64,000 nt of DNA from contig OX597819.1 of the NCBI GenBank assembly GCA_951406725.2, positions 74,028,001 through 74,092,000 of the forward strand. Reading direction: 5' to 3'. The DNA comes from Octopus vulgaris (Eukaryota). Below are positions 1 through 11,285 of the stretch, in pieces. Below the pieces are notes generated by a model. The model saw only the letters and a list, made by a program, of their open reading frames with translations. It had not been told where the DNA came from and did no database searches. Both the position numbers and the translations under genes were made by a program. Every line of letters starts with the position of its first letter. Position 1 is the stretch's first letter.

Positions 1-69
1 GTAATATAATATATATAAAATATATATTGAAGTGAAAGAAATGACTGTAACATGAAATATAAAAAGAAA

Positions 70-462
70 TCTTTATATATAAAAGTTAAGTTGTGTGTCT
101 GTCTCCCACGATTTAGATTCCTAACCACTCCCACATTTTGCGGTGCAGTGTAACCAAAAGCGGGTATCTTATAGTCGTGATTCGTATGAAGACATTCTGG
201 TTATTAGCGCGCGTCTACGATGAGTCTACGATTTAAAAAAAAATTACCATCATTTTTCCCCCTTTTTCATGCATCTTTTTGCTATTATATATGGGAAGTA
301 ACTCTCTAAAAATGTATTAATAAATCTCAGAACGTAAAAAGCTACAGTAACACCCCCTTTGTGGTTAGCCATATTGAGATGGCTATTATACTTTACATCT
401 CTAAAAATGCTTATATAGTTATTTCCCTTATAAACCCGAGCAACGGCGGACGATACTGCTAG
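70..462 (+). mobile_element. Non-autonomous Helitron-like element (3' flank of gene A)
   Basis: A|TC...subterminal GC hairpin (cccgagcaacggcgg)...CTAG|T. The empty A|T site is seen in other paralogue flanks (e.g. ~63640). Confidence 0.75.
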
Positions 463-1197
463 TTATTTACAAAATAAATCACATCTTTTCATATCAAGAA
501 ATAATGGAACAAGTAATAAATAAGATATGGATGTCTGTAACGAAGTTGTAATCCACTCATTGAACAAAATCAAAAACACAAACAACTGAATATAAAATAA
601 AATATTAACTCTTTAATGTTTCCATACAAAAATATAATTCCCATTTATATAATAAATAATAGAAATGATGTTGGCGTATATGTGTGTGTGTGTGTGTGTG
701 TGTGAGTATGCAGGGAAGTCTTGCTAGTATAATGCATAGGAATATGGTGTATATATTATAATGAAGATTAAAAAAATAGGAAATGGAATCGGAAAATAAA
801 AAAATTAAAAATGAATTAATTAACGTAGCTATAGTTATGTATATATGAATATATATATATATATATAGATAAATATAGGTATGTATATATGAAAAATATA
901 TATAGATTGATCCGTCACAGTCCCATTGGTTTAATCCGAACAACATCGATGTAACACGATATTAAATAGAAATATTTATTTCATAAAGGAGAAATATATG
1001 TTGTTTACGATTATAAACGTGATAAGAAAATATAAGATATAAATTTATGGAAATATTGGTATTTAACGATTAATATAATCGTCGATATGATTATTAAGTG
1101 GTGAAGCTAAAACACTTCTACATAATTGAAACGATACACTTGTATCTGATTTTTCTCTAACTGAGATTGGTTCCAGAAGTATTATAACGGGGATAAA

Positions 1198-3402
1198 TTA
1201 CATAAAGGATTCTAGAGTATTTTGAATGTGGTTTATATTTTCATGAAGTGTATGGAGTGTAATTATGGTAAACCATCGCTGCTTGGTTATTGGCACATCG
1301 TCCGGTAGCAAAAGACTGTTATCCACTTCGACATTTTGTTTGATGTTTGAAAATATCTGAAATATATGAAAAGAACATTGTAAATAAGAGATACACATTA
1401 ATTGATATTAATACACACACAAATACAAACACACACACACACACATACACATGTAATGAAACCTACTGGAGCTCACAGTCCATAGGAAACCCAACGTGGA
1501 GGAGATCTAAACATGGTCAATGTAGCTATTTCTCTCTACATTCAATACTATAGAGACATTTATACACACATATTATATATCACATTTAGTGATACTAACA
1601 ATATACGCACACATGTTAGTAATATTATTAAATTAGAACGATTCAAAATTATTCTAATTGTAGTAATTCCGTCAAATAATTAGACATTCTACGCAGATTA
1701 CAATTCTATGCATTGTTGTCTACATCATAAAAATGAGGAAAGTGTGCAGAACGTCAGCTGATTATCGTCTGCACGAAGTAATTTACGACAGAAATCTTAG
1801 AAACCCTGAAGAGATGTAATCTGTAATCTTTTAGTAGTCATGAAACACTTTGAAAAAATGCTTCGAAATGAGTATATATTACTCCGAGGGAATCTAAAGA
1901 ATAGAACCATTGATCTTTGACAACAGTTTCTGTAAATAAACTGACTATATCTTCCCGGATCAATTCTATGATATATATATTTAATATATTCCCATAAACA
2001 TGAGGATATTTTGGTGCTGTTTTATTGACCAGGGAATTTACCCACATTAATTTTTCGTAAGGAAATAAAAGAGAAATCGCGTGAATCTTCATCTAGGAAA
2101 ATATATTACGAGAATAATACTTACTGGTGATTCCAGAAAAAGTATCGTATCAACCAGGTAAGAAAGTGTTTGTTTTAAGTAACAATAAAATATGGCATCA
2201 GATGTGGGAGTGAGTTTAGAACAGGCAGCCGGATAATAACACTCTGTCTGTATACGTTTGGCAGGGGCACACAGCTGGTCATATTCTTTTTCCGTTTGAT
2301 TCTTCAACACAGTAACATATTGACTGAGGGTTACAGACATATTGGATAGAGCAATCTGTAATAAAGAATTGTGAGAAGCTTGAATTTTATTCGACACTGA
2401 TTGAGATTTCTTATAAAATATAGAATCGAGTTTAGATAGAAAGTGTATAAATATTTCAAGAAAATATGTTTGATAATATGTCCATACCTTGACTAAGTCT
2501 GTCTGCGCGAGGGTGATATTGTCTTGAATGTAGAGCTGAGGGAATGAAAGTTCCGTCTGGTTGAGTAGCCTATGAATAAAGTGAGGACAGGATACCGCAG
2601 ATGCCAATGGAGTGTTGCGGCACTGTAGAAAAACACGTGACATATTATGAGTCTGAGATTTGGACAGATAGGATTAGAAAAGAATGGAGTAGAAAATTCG
2701 TTTACACTGAACTAGTAGTTATAAATATTGATCTTTATGAGAACTTTATTAATATTTATGTGGGTAGTATTTTAAGGAATATATTATTGGAGTGGTATAA
2801 GAAGTTGTAATAATGATGATGATGATGATGATGATGATAACAATATCAAGTACAACAATAATAATAACAATAATATATGAATGAATATATGTAAACTTAC
2901 AAAAGAGTGCAAAGTAGTGTTCACAGCTACTGAGGCCTTGCGAGCCGTATCCAGTTGAGCTTTTATGTTATTTATTGGTATCGCTGTAGGTTTTATCGAC
3001 GCTCCATGGATGAATGAAATCCAGACTGAGAGACATAGGACCAATATATATTGCCAGTCTACGGGAAAATGGAAAAAAATACCATTAAGGAACATTTGGA
3101 AGGAAAGGGAGACATTGAAGGAATTGTTATTATTAAAAAGAAATGACTCAATAAGTCGCTGTTAGTTTTTCACGTGTAGTAAACAATGAGCTGAACATTT
3201 TGGAACTCAATAAACGATATTCACAAATATTTAACATAGTTCCACTAAACATAAACAATAATTTCTTGTGTTGTGTGTCAATGTGTCTATATAATTAATA
3301 GTAGTAAATTCATATATAATATGTGTGTGTATATTGTTAGTATTAGTAAATGTGATATATAATATGTGCGTTTAAAACCACTTATATTAAAGCCACTTAC
3401 AT

Positions 3403-3459
<57 letters not shown>

Positions 3460-3864
3460 TAGATAGATAGATAGATAGATGGATAGATAGATAGATAGAA
3501 AGAATTGGATACATAGATATATAGATAGAGAAATAGAGAGAGATAATTGCAAACATTGACAGGCACATACATATATTTACATATGTCTGTGCGCGTGTAT
3601 GTATGCGTATATGTGTGTGGGGTGTGTGTCATTGTCGCTCTCTCTTGAGTACCGCTTGATGACCAATGCTTGTGTGTATATATACAGGAAAAGTAACTCT
3701 TCGGTTAAAAGTTATCAACAGAATAAGTACATAGCTTTCAGAAATAAGTCCTCGAGTTGGTAAATTCGACCTAAACAGTTTTCAAGGTTGTGTCACGGCA
3801 TGGCCGCAAACCAGCGAACTAACACAAGAAATAGACAGTTTATATACGTATGTATGTATGTATG

Positions 3865-3898
<34 letters not shown>

Positions 3899-3948
3899 TA
3901 TATATATAGATGTATGTATATATATCTATATATATGTATATATGTGCG

Positions 3949-4025
<77 letters not shown>

Positions 4026-4520
4026 GGGTGGAAAGATTCGATGATTGTATGTGTTAACAATTACTTCCTCATGACAATATAACCTTTAATCTATTCAAGA
4101 TATCCTTCGACTGAATATTACCCGGCCGTATACACCTCATTTGGATTTACCACTTTTGAGGTTTCATTCGCAATGAAACACATGTAGCCCGAATTATTCT
4201 TTTCCATTCTGTAACTCTTATATTCTTTTCAGCAAACTCGACAAACCTTGTCGCCTACCGTAGAATATAAAAAGAACTTTTTTTCTTCGTATCATTTTTC
4301 GATAAAAAAAGATGAAATAATCCCCAATCTTCCGCCTGAATACACCGAAATTTGTTCCGAAAGTTGTTTTTTCTTAATATTTACTACAAATTGCTTGAAA
4401 TTAACTGTCTTCATACACCTCGATCCCTGGATCTTACATTTGTGTATGTGTGTGTATTCCTATAAATGTATGTGCGTATGTATGTATATGTTTATGTAAG
4501 TATGTAAATATGTGTTTCTG

Positions 4521-4554
<34 letters not shown>

Positions 4555-4623
4555 TGTATGTATGTATGTATGTATGTATGTATGTATGTATATAATGCCG
4601 ACCTCATACTTACAGTTATTCAT
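1198..4623 (-). CDS. Gene A: secreted 274-aa protein, putative long-chain four-helix (IL-6/G-CSF-like) cytokine, 4 coding exons
   Basis: Exons (minus): 4623-4614 (ATGAATAACT|gtaagt), 3058-2901 (cccgtag|..CTCTTTT|gtaagt), 2622-2125 (ttctacag|..TCACCA|gtaagt), 1356-1198 (tttcag|..TAA). All GT-AG, phases 1,0,0, 825 nt in frame: [27 protein letters not shown]...QNTLESFM*. The cytokine identity is inferred. Confidence 0.82.
3645..3835 (+). mobile_element. Diverged SINE body in intron 1 of minus-strand genes (also ~22120, ~31085, ~55545; related fragments at 14300-14428, ~30045, ~48100)
   Basis: Shared ..agaataagtac..aataagtcct..tcgac.taaa..gcatggccgca motif, which I recognise from octopus SINEs. 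Confidence 0.5.
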
Positions 4624-4726
4624 TTTGTTATTCATTTTTGTTATGAAAAATGTTTTAAGAGAACGTCAATTTGTAGTTCCTTTGCTTGTTACGAATTATT
4701 GTGTTTAAGTGACGATGGAAGATCGG

Positions 4727-5010
4727 CTTATATAGTTGTTTCAGCAGTGATAGGTTTGGAAAATCCCGTTCTATATGATGGCCTTCATGAAGCTGGAAGA
4801 TATCATCTTCCTTTATCTATTGTTTAAATTTAGTTTACGAAAATTGCTTGCTTTCATTTCTGGCGGAAGTTGAAGCTTGTGCCAATATTTTTTTTTCAAT
4901 GTATCAGAGATTTAGGTTTACGGAAAGAGGGAAGCTTTTATGAATGAACTATTTTTATCACAGTATATAGGTCACAGTCCAATTGCTAGTAGGTTACTTT
5001 CGCTTAACGG
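4727..5010 (-). promoter_or_regulatory. Gene A proximal promoter: TATA, NF-kB, IRF-like and STAT-like motifs
   Basis: TATATAAG at 4734-4727; GGGATTTTCC at 4767-4758; GAAATGAAAGC and AAGCGAAAGT further upstream; TTTCCGTAA at 4926-4918. Confidence 0.65.
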
Positions 5011-5504
5011 GAAGTAACCGAGCGGGAAATAGTGAGTTACAGTTTCATGTTATAAATCGTTGGTACTATCGCCGTCGCCAACGTCGTCGTCGTCATTATC
5101 ATTATCATCATCATGTGTATCAGCTCCATCATCTTCACGACGACGACGACGACCACCACCACTACCACCACCACCACCACAATCCTCACCATCACCACCG
5201 CCAGAACGAAATAAAGAAACCAATCACTCAAACATCGTATAATTCCCTGAAGCACAACTCAGATACCTTCAGAAATCAAGTGTCTAATATCCCAAAAAAC
5301 GAATACAGAAACTATTGAAAATAATTTACAACCAGCAATACCGACAGTCACAAATGGAGAAATGTGCTTAGAAGGCGGGGAAAGGGGAGGAGAAGAAGAG
5401 GAGGAAGGGGGTACGAAACAGAAGAAACAGCATTAATATAAGAATATGGCAAGAACAGAAATCTTCGACTAGATAATAGAAATCCTTGTTGCAAGCGGCC
5501 TGAT

Positions 5505-5690
5505 TCTCCGTCGGTTATTACGACGTGTGTTCCAGATGATACAATCAAACGAACAGAGTTTTCATGAAATTAACGTGCTAGCGGCTGAGTACTCCACAGA
5601 CACGTGTACACTTAACGTAATTCTGAAGGAGATTCAGTATGATAAAGAATGTGATAAGGCTGACCCCTTCTGAATTGCAGGTACAGCTCA
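5505..5690 (-). mobile_element. Old SINE 3'-half relic inside the bidirectional promoter region (also ~16410-16597 +, ~39743-39930 -, ~49795-49982 +, ~57380-57565 -)
   Basis: The reverse complement aligns by eye with 15120-15305 (tacgttaag.gtacacgtgtctgtggagtactcagcc..cacgttaatttca). Confidence 0.6.
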
Positions 5691-6095
5691 ACATTTATGA
5701 CTCGGGAATGGCAAACATAGAGACATACACCAATGTGACTCTCTCAATCCTTTCTTCGAAGCACAAACGTAAAGGACTTGGTCTTCAAAAGCCCAACCAT
5801 CAACACCATGCATTAATCAAAAACCCTCATGAAATATCTAGCAAGGATGAATTCACTTACCCACCCCAACCCCGAATTTTCTGTAAAAACTTGTGGAGAT
5901 AGCTGATCCGGAATACAAATTAGGCAAAGTTACAACCATTTAGAAATATCCGAGGGATAAAGACGGATATTAATTGCGAAACAAGAAATCTCTTATGTTA
6001 CATAATCTGGCCTAGTCGTAAGGAAAACTATATTGGTTAAACCGGAATCTCCTTGAGTGATAGAGAGAACATACACACACTTTATCCCGACCAAA

Positions 6096-6105
6096 GGGAA
6101 ATCCC
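6096..6105 (+). promoter_or_regulatory. Distal NF-kB consensus site (GGGAAATCCC) between the divergent genes
   Basis: Perfect GGGRNNYYCC match. A variant GGGAAATCCT lies at 6802-6811. Conserved at ~40333, ~57970 and in the orphan copies (15998-16007, ~49383). Confidence 0.45.
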
Positions 6106-7151
6106 ACTTAGTGAAAATTAACTAATTTGCGATGACAAGTTTATTTTTGTCCTGTTTGTCTTTGCAAAAGAGACAATCCAAAATATTTTTTAAAAATTGA
6201 GAAGTATTTTTTAAAAATAAATTCTCCAAAATTAACTTTGCTTTAAAAGACAATACTGAACAAAAGACAATAGTTTTTTTTACTTCCGTCTCGAAATACT
6301 TCTTAAGGAGAGATGAAAACGACCCTAAACTGAAAAATTCCGCCTCACATACATATTTTTATATTACTTTCTCTTTTTCTTATTTTTTAATTGAAAATTA
6401 GGTGAAACGGAATTTTGACATTTTCACTTCTATCTCTCAATGAATTGTTTCTAGTTTTGCTACTCGTTTATTAATTCTACACATATTAGTATAGAAATTG
6501 TGTGTGTATATGTGTGTGTATGTGTGTTTGTGTGTGTATGTATGTATTTATATAACACTGATCCATGTACATGCCTGCACATAAACGCGATGTATATCTT
6601 AAAGAATTGCTTCTTTTTCATTTTATCACGGGGCCTGTGTGTATGTGGTTGTTATTTTCTCTCCTTCATATTTCATATCAGCTATCTCCACAAGCATTTG
6701 GAGAAACAATTCCAGATGTGTTTTCAAATAAATTTCACCTTTGTTAGGTATTGCATGAGAGCATGAACGGGGCCTCATACACACACATTTTCCCGAGCAA
6801 AGGGAAATCCTACTTTGTGAAAATTAACTAATTTGCGTTAAGAAGTTTAATTTTTTTTCCTGTTTGTCTTTGCTTAAGAGACAATCCACGACAATTATAA
6901 CCTTTAATCTAATGAAGATATCCTTGGCATGATGATTAGGTGGCAGTATACACCTCACTTGGATTTTACCACTTCTGAAGTTTCACTCGCCATGAAACAC
7001 ATGTATCCCGGATTTTCCTTCTCCATTCCGCATTCTTTTTGCAAATTCGCGAAACCTTGTCGCCTACCGTAGAATTGCATGAAGCTGTCTTACTAAATCT
7101 CCATCCCTGGATCTTACATTTATATGTGTGTGTGTGTGTGTGTGCGTGTGC

Positions 7152-7216
<65 letters not shown>

Positions 7217-7388
7217 TGTGTTCCTATGCATGCATGTATTTATATATGTATGAATGTATATATGTATGTGCTGGTGGTGAAGATGATGATAATTATAATG
7301 ACGACGACGACTTTGGCGACGGCGATAGTAACAACGATTTGTAACATGAAACTGTAACTCACTATTCCTCGCTCGATTACCTCCCGTT

Positions 7389-7666
7389 AAGCGAAAGTAA
7401 CCTACTAGCAATTGGACTGTGACCTATATACTGTGATAAAAATAGTTCATTCATAAAAGCATTCCTCTTCGCGTAAACCTAAATCTCTGTCACACTGAAA
7501 GTAAAATATTAACACAACCTTCAACTTCCGCGAGAAATGAAAGCGAGCAATTTTTGTAAACTAAATTTAAACGGTAGATAAAGGAAGATGATATCTTCCA
7601 GCTTCATGAAGGCCATCACATAGAATGGGATTTTCCAAACCTATCACTTCAAAAACAACTATAAAA
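7389..7666 (+). promoter_or_regulatory. Gene B proximal promoter
   Basis: AAGCGAAAGT 7389-7398, GAAATGAAAGC 7534-7544, GGGATTTTCC 7627-7636, TATAAAA 7660-7666. ATG is 110 bp downstream of the TATA. Confidence 0.65.
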
Positions 7667-7769
7667 GCCGATATTCTATCGTCACTTAAACACAATAAAT
7701 TGTAACAAGCAAAGGAACTACAACATGACGTTCTCTCAAAACCTTTTTCATAACGAAAATTCACACAAA

Positions 7770-7788
7770 ATGAATAACTGTAAGTATG

Positions 7789-7867
<79 letters not shown>

Positions 7868-7889
7868 CAATTCATCCATTTATCTCTCA

Positions 7890-7965
<76 letters not shown>

Positions 7966-8917
7966 ATCCAATTCATCCATTTATCTCTCTCGCTCTCTCT
8001 CACTCTCTATCTATCTTTTTTTCTTTTTATTCTTTTAATTTTTTTTTTATTTATTTATTTTTTTCTTTTCTTCCCTTTTACGATCCCTCTTGATCGAAAA
8101 CCTACGCCACCCCCTTTTTTTCTTTTGTTTTTTGTTTTCTTCATCCCCCAAAAGCTCTACCTTGTTACTTGTCCCATCTGTGTGCAGCCCTGTGTGGCCA
8201 ATAAAGAAACTTATCTATCTATCTATCTATCTTTCTATGTATATAAGTGGTTTTAAATAGCCCCGTCATTCCTGTGATATATGAAATATCGCATCTTTCC
8301 CTAAAGTGAATATTTCTATTTTTATTACTGTTGAATACAAGCATCACAGTGCAGTGCATTGTTTTTATATCTATTATCTAAGTATCGCACCCAATTCCTA
8401 TGGTAGAACAAAACACAACAAAACACTTAAAACGTGGCCTTCTTCCACTCAGCCAAATATCTATTCACTTCCCTTTAACACACTACACAAACAATTATGG
8501 TTTATATTTAGTGGAACTATGTTAAATATTTGTGAATATCGTTTATTGAGTTCCAAAATGTTCAGCTCATTGTTTACTACACGTGAAAAACTAAGAGCGA
8601 CTTATCGAGTTATTTCTTTTTAATAATAACAATTCCTTCAATGTCTCCCTTTCCTTCTAAATGTTCCTTAATGGTATTTTTTTCTATTTTCCCGTAGACT
8701 GGCAATATATATTGGTCCTATGTATCTCAGTCTGGACTTCATTCATCCATGGAGCATCGATAAAACCTACAGCGATACCATTAAATAACATAAAAGCTCA
8801 GCTGGACGTGGCTCGCAGGGCCTCAATAGCCGTGAACACTACTTTGCATTCTTTTGTAAGTTTACATTTATTTCTTCATATATTATTGTTATTATTATTG
8901 TTATTCTTGATATTGTT

Positions 8918-8955
<38 letters not shown>

Positions 8956-8956
8956 T

Positions 8957-8991
<35 letters not shown>

Positions 8992-10687
8992 TATCATCAT
9001 CATCATCATTATTACAACTTAAAACACTCCAAAAATATATTACTTAAATTACTACCCACAAAATAATTAATAAAGTTCTCATAAAGATCAATATTTATAA
9101 CTATTCAGTGTAAACGGACTTCTACTCCGTTGTTTTCTAATCCTATGTCCAAATCTCAGACTCATAATATGTCACGTGTTTTTCTACAGTGCCACAACAC
9201 TCCAATGGCTTCTGCGGTATCCTGTCGTCAGTTTATTCATATGCTACTCAACCAGACGGAACTTACATTCCCTCAGCTCTACATTCAAGACAATATCACC
9301 CTCGCGCAGACAGACTTAGTCAAGGTATGGACATATTATCAAACACTTTTTCTTGAAATATTTATACACTTTCTATCTAAACTCGATTCTATATTTTATA
9401 AGAAATCTCAATCAGTGTCGAATAAAATTCAAGCTTCTCACAATTCTTTATTACAGATTGCTCTATCCAATATGTCTGCAATCCTCAGTCAATATGTTAC
9501 TGTGTTGAAAAACCAGACGGAAAAAGAATATGACCAGCTGTGTGCCCCTGCCAAACGTATACAGACAAAATGTTATTATCCCGCTGCCTGTTCTAAACTC
9601 ACTCCCACATCTGATGCCATATTTTATTGTTACTTAAAACAAACACTTTCTTACCTGATTGATACGATACTTTTTCTGGATTCACCGGTAAATATTATTA
9701 TCGTAATATATTTTTCTAGATGAAGATTCACGCGATTTCTCTTTTATTTCCTCACGAAAAATTAATGTAGATAAATGCCTTGTTCAATAAAACAGCACCA
9801 AAATATTCTCATGTTTATCGGAATTTATTAAATATATATCTCATAGAATAGATCCGGGAAGATATAGTCAGTTTATTTACAGAAATTGTTGACAAGTAAT
9901 ATATACTCATTTCGAAGCATTCTTTCAAAGTATTCTTGTATTTCATGACTACCAAAAAATTACAAATTACATCTCTTCAGGGTTTCTAAGATTTCTGTCG
10001 TAAAATACTTCCTGCAGACGATAATCAGCTTACGTTCGGCACACTTTCCTCATTTTTATAATGTAGACAACAATGCGTAGAATTGCAATCAGCGTAGAAT
10101 GTCTAATTATTTGAAAGAATTACTACAATTAGAATAATTTTGAACTTACTCTATCAAAATGTTATCCGTAATATATACGTGTTTTTGCAATTATGTCTAT
10201 ATTATTATTAGTAGTAAATTCATATATAAGATGTGTTTGTATATTGTTAGTATTGGTAAAGGTGATATATAATATGCACGTATAAATATCTCTATAGTAT
10301 TGAATGTAGGGGGAAAAAGCTACATTGACCATGTCTAGATCTCCTCCAATTAGGGCTTCCTATGGATAAATATATATATATATAGCTTTATAATGTGTGG
10401 ACTGTGAGCCACGTTATTCGGTTTCATTACATGTGTGTATGTGTGTATGTGAGTCTTCGTGTGTGTCTGTGTATTAATATCAATTAATGCTTATCCCTAA
10501 TTTACAATGTTCTTTTCATATATTTCAGATATTTTCAAACATCAAACAAAATGTCGAAGTGGATGACAGTCTTTTGCTACCGGATGATGTGCCAATAACC
10601 AAGCAGCGATGGTTTACCATAATTACACTCCATACACTTCATGAAAATATAAACCACATTCAAAATACTCTAGAATCCTTTATATAA
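7770..10687 (+). CDS. Gene B: paralogue, 274-aa secreted putative helical cytokine
   Basis: Exons 7770-7779, 8698-8855, 9190-9687 (donor gtaaat), 10529-10687. Intact frame. kB site and TATA upstream. Confidence 0.82.
8070..8210 (+). mobile_element. Probable 3' end of a non-LTR retroelement in intron 1 of B (also ~42275-42416 in F)
   Basis: Unique segment ending gccAATAAAgaaac followed by (CTAT)n. Absent from D and H intron 1. Confidence 0.35.
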
Positions 10688-11285
10688 TTGATTCCTGTTA
10701 TAATACTTCTGGAACCAATCTCAGTTAGAGAAAAATCAGATACAAGTGTATCGTTTCAATTATGTAGAAGTGTTTTAGCTTCACCACTTAATAATCATAT
10801 CGACGATTATATTAATCGTTAAATACCAATATTTCCATAAATTTTTATCTTATATTTTCTTATCACGTTTATAATCGTAAACAATATATTTCTCCTTTAT
10901 GAAATAAATATTTCTATTTAATATCGTGTTACATCGATGTTGTTGGGATTAAACCAATGGGACTGTGACGTATCAATCTATATATATTTTTCATATATAC
11001 ATACCTATATTTATCTATATATATCTTCATATATACATAACTGTACCTACGTTATTTAATTCATTTTTTATTTTTTATTTTCCGATTCCATTTCCTATTT
11101 TCTTAATCTTCATTATAATATATACACCATATTCCTATGCATTATACTAGGAAGACTTCCCTGCATACTCACACACACACACACACACACATATACGCCG
11201 ACATCATTTCTATTATTTATTATATAAATGAGAATTATATTTTTGTATGGAAACATTAAAGTGTTAATATTTTATTTTATATTCT
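10688..11285 (+). promoter_or_regulatory. Putative 3'UTR of gene B with triloop hairpin, ARE nonamers and poly(A) signal
   Basis: ACGATTA-TAT-TAATCGT at 10803-10819; TTATTTAAT at 11052-11060; TTATTTATT at 11213-11221; ATTAAA at 11255-11260 (AATAAA in D) followed by a T/GT-rich tract. A proximal AATAAA at 10903 is lost in D, F and G. Confidence 0.45.

Noticed and set aside
1806-1850. CTGAAGAG...GAAAC in intron 3 as a hammerhead
   Set aside because: No convincing stem II, stem III or stem I, and the segment is deleted in C and G.
1838-2092. 84-aa ORF in intron 3 as an extra exon
   Set aside because: Frameshifting indels and stops in paralogues B, C, F and G; exon 3 already joins exon 4 in frame.
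2089-2643. 184/197-aa single-exon ORFs (MSRVFLQC...) as stand-alone genes
   Set aside because: The N- and C-terminal residues are intronic: a polypyrimidine-CAG acceptor and a GTAAGT donor bound a 498-nt internal exon, and the upstream ATG is not conserved (lost in D).
3287-4827. Numerous YI/CV/HT/LSIY/MYVC-repeat ORFs here and throughout the window
   Set aside because: Translations of (TA)n, (CA)n, (CTAT)n and (TATG)n microsatellites.
4983-5318. His/Pro/Val-rich ORFs in the divergent promoter regions
   Set aside because: They arise from trinucleotide repeats that are open in several frames on both strands. Lengths and stops vary among copies and there is no splice logic.
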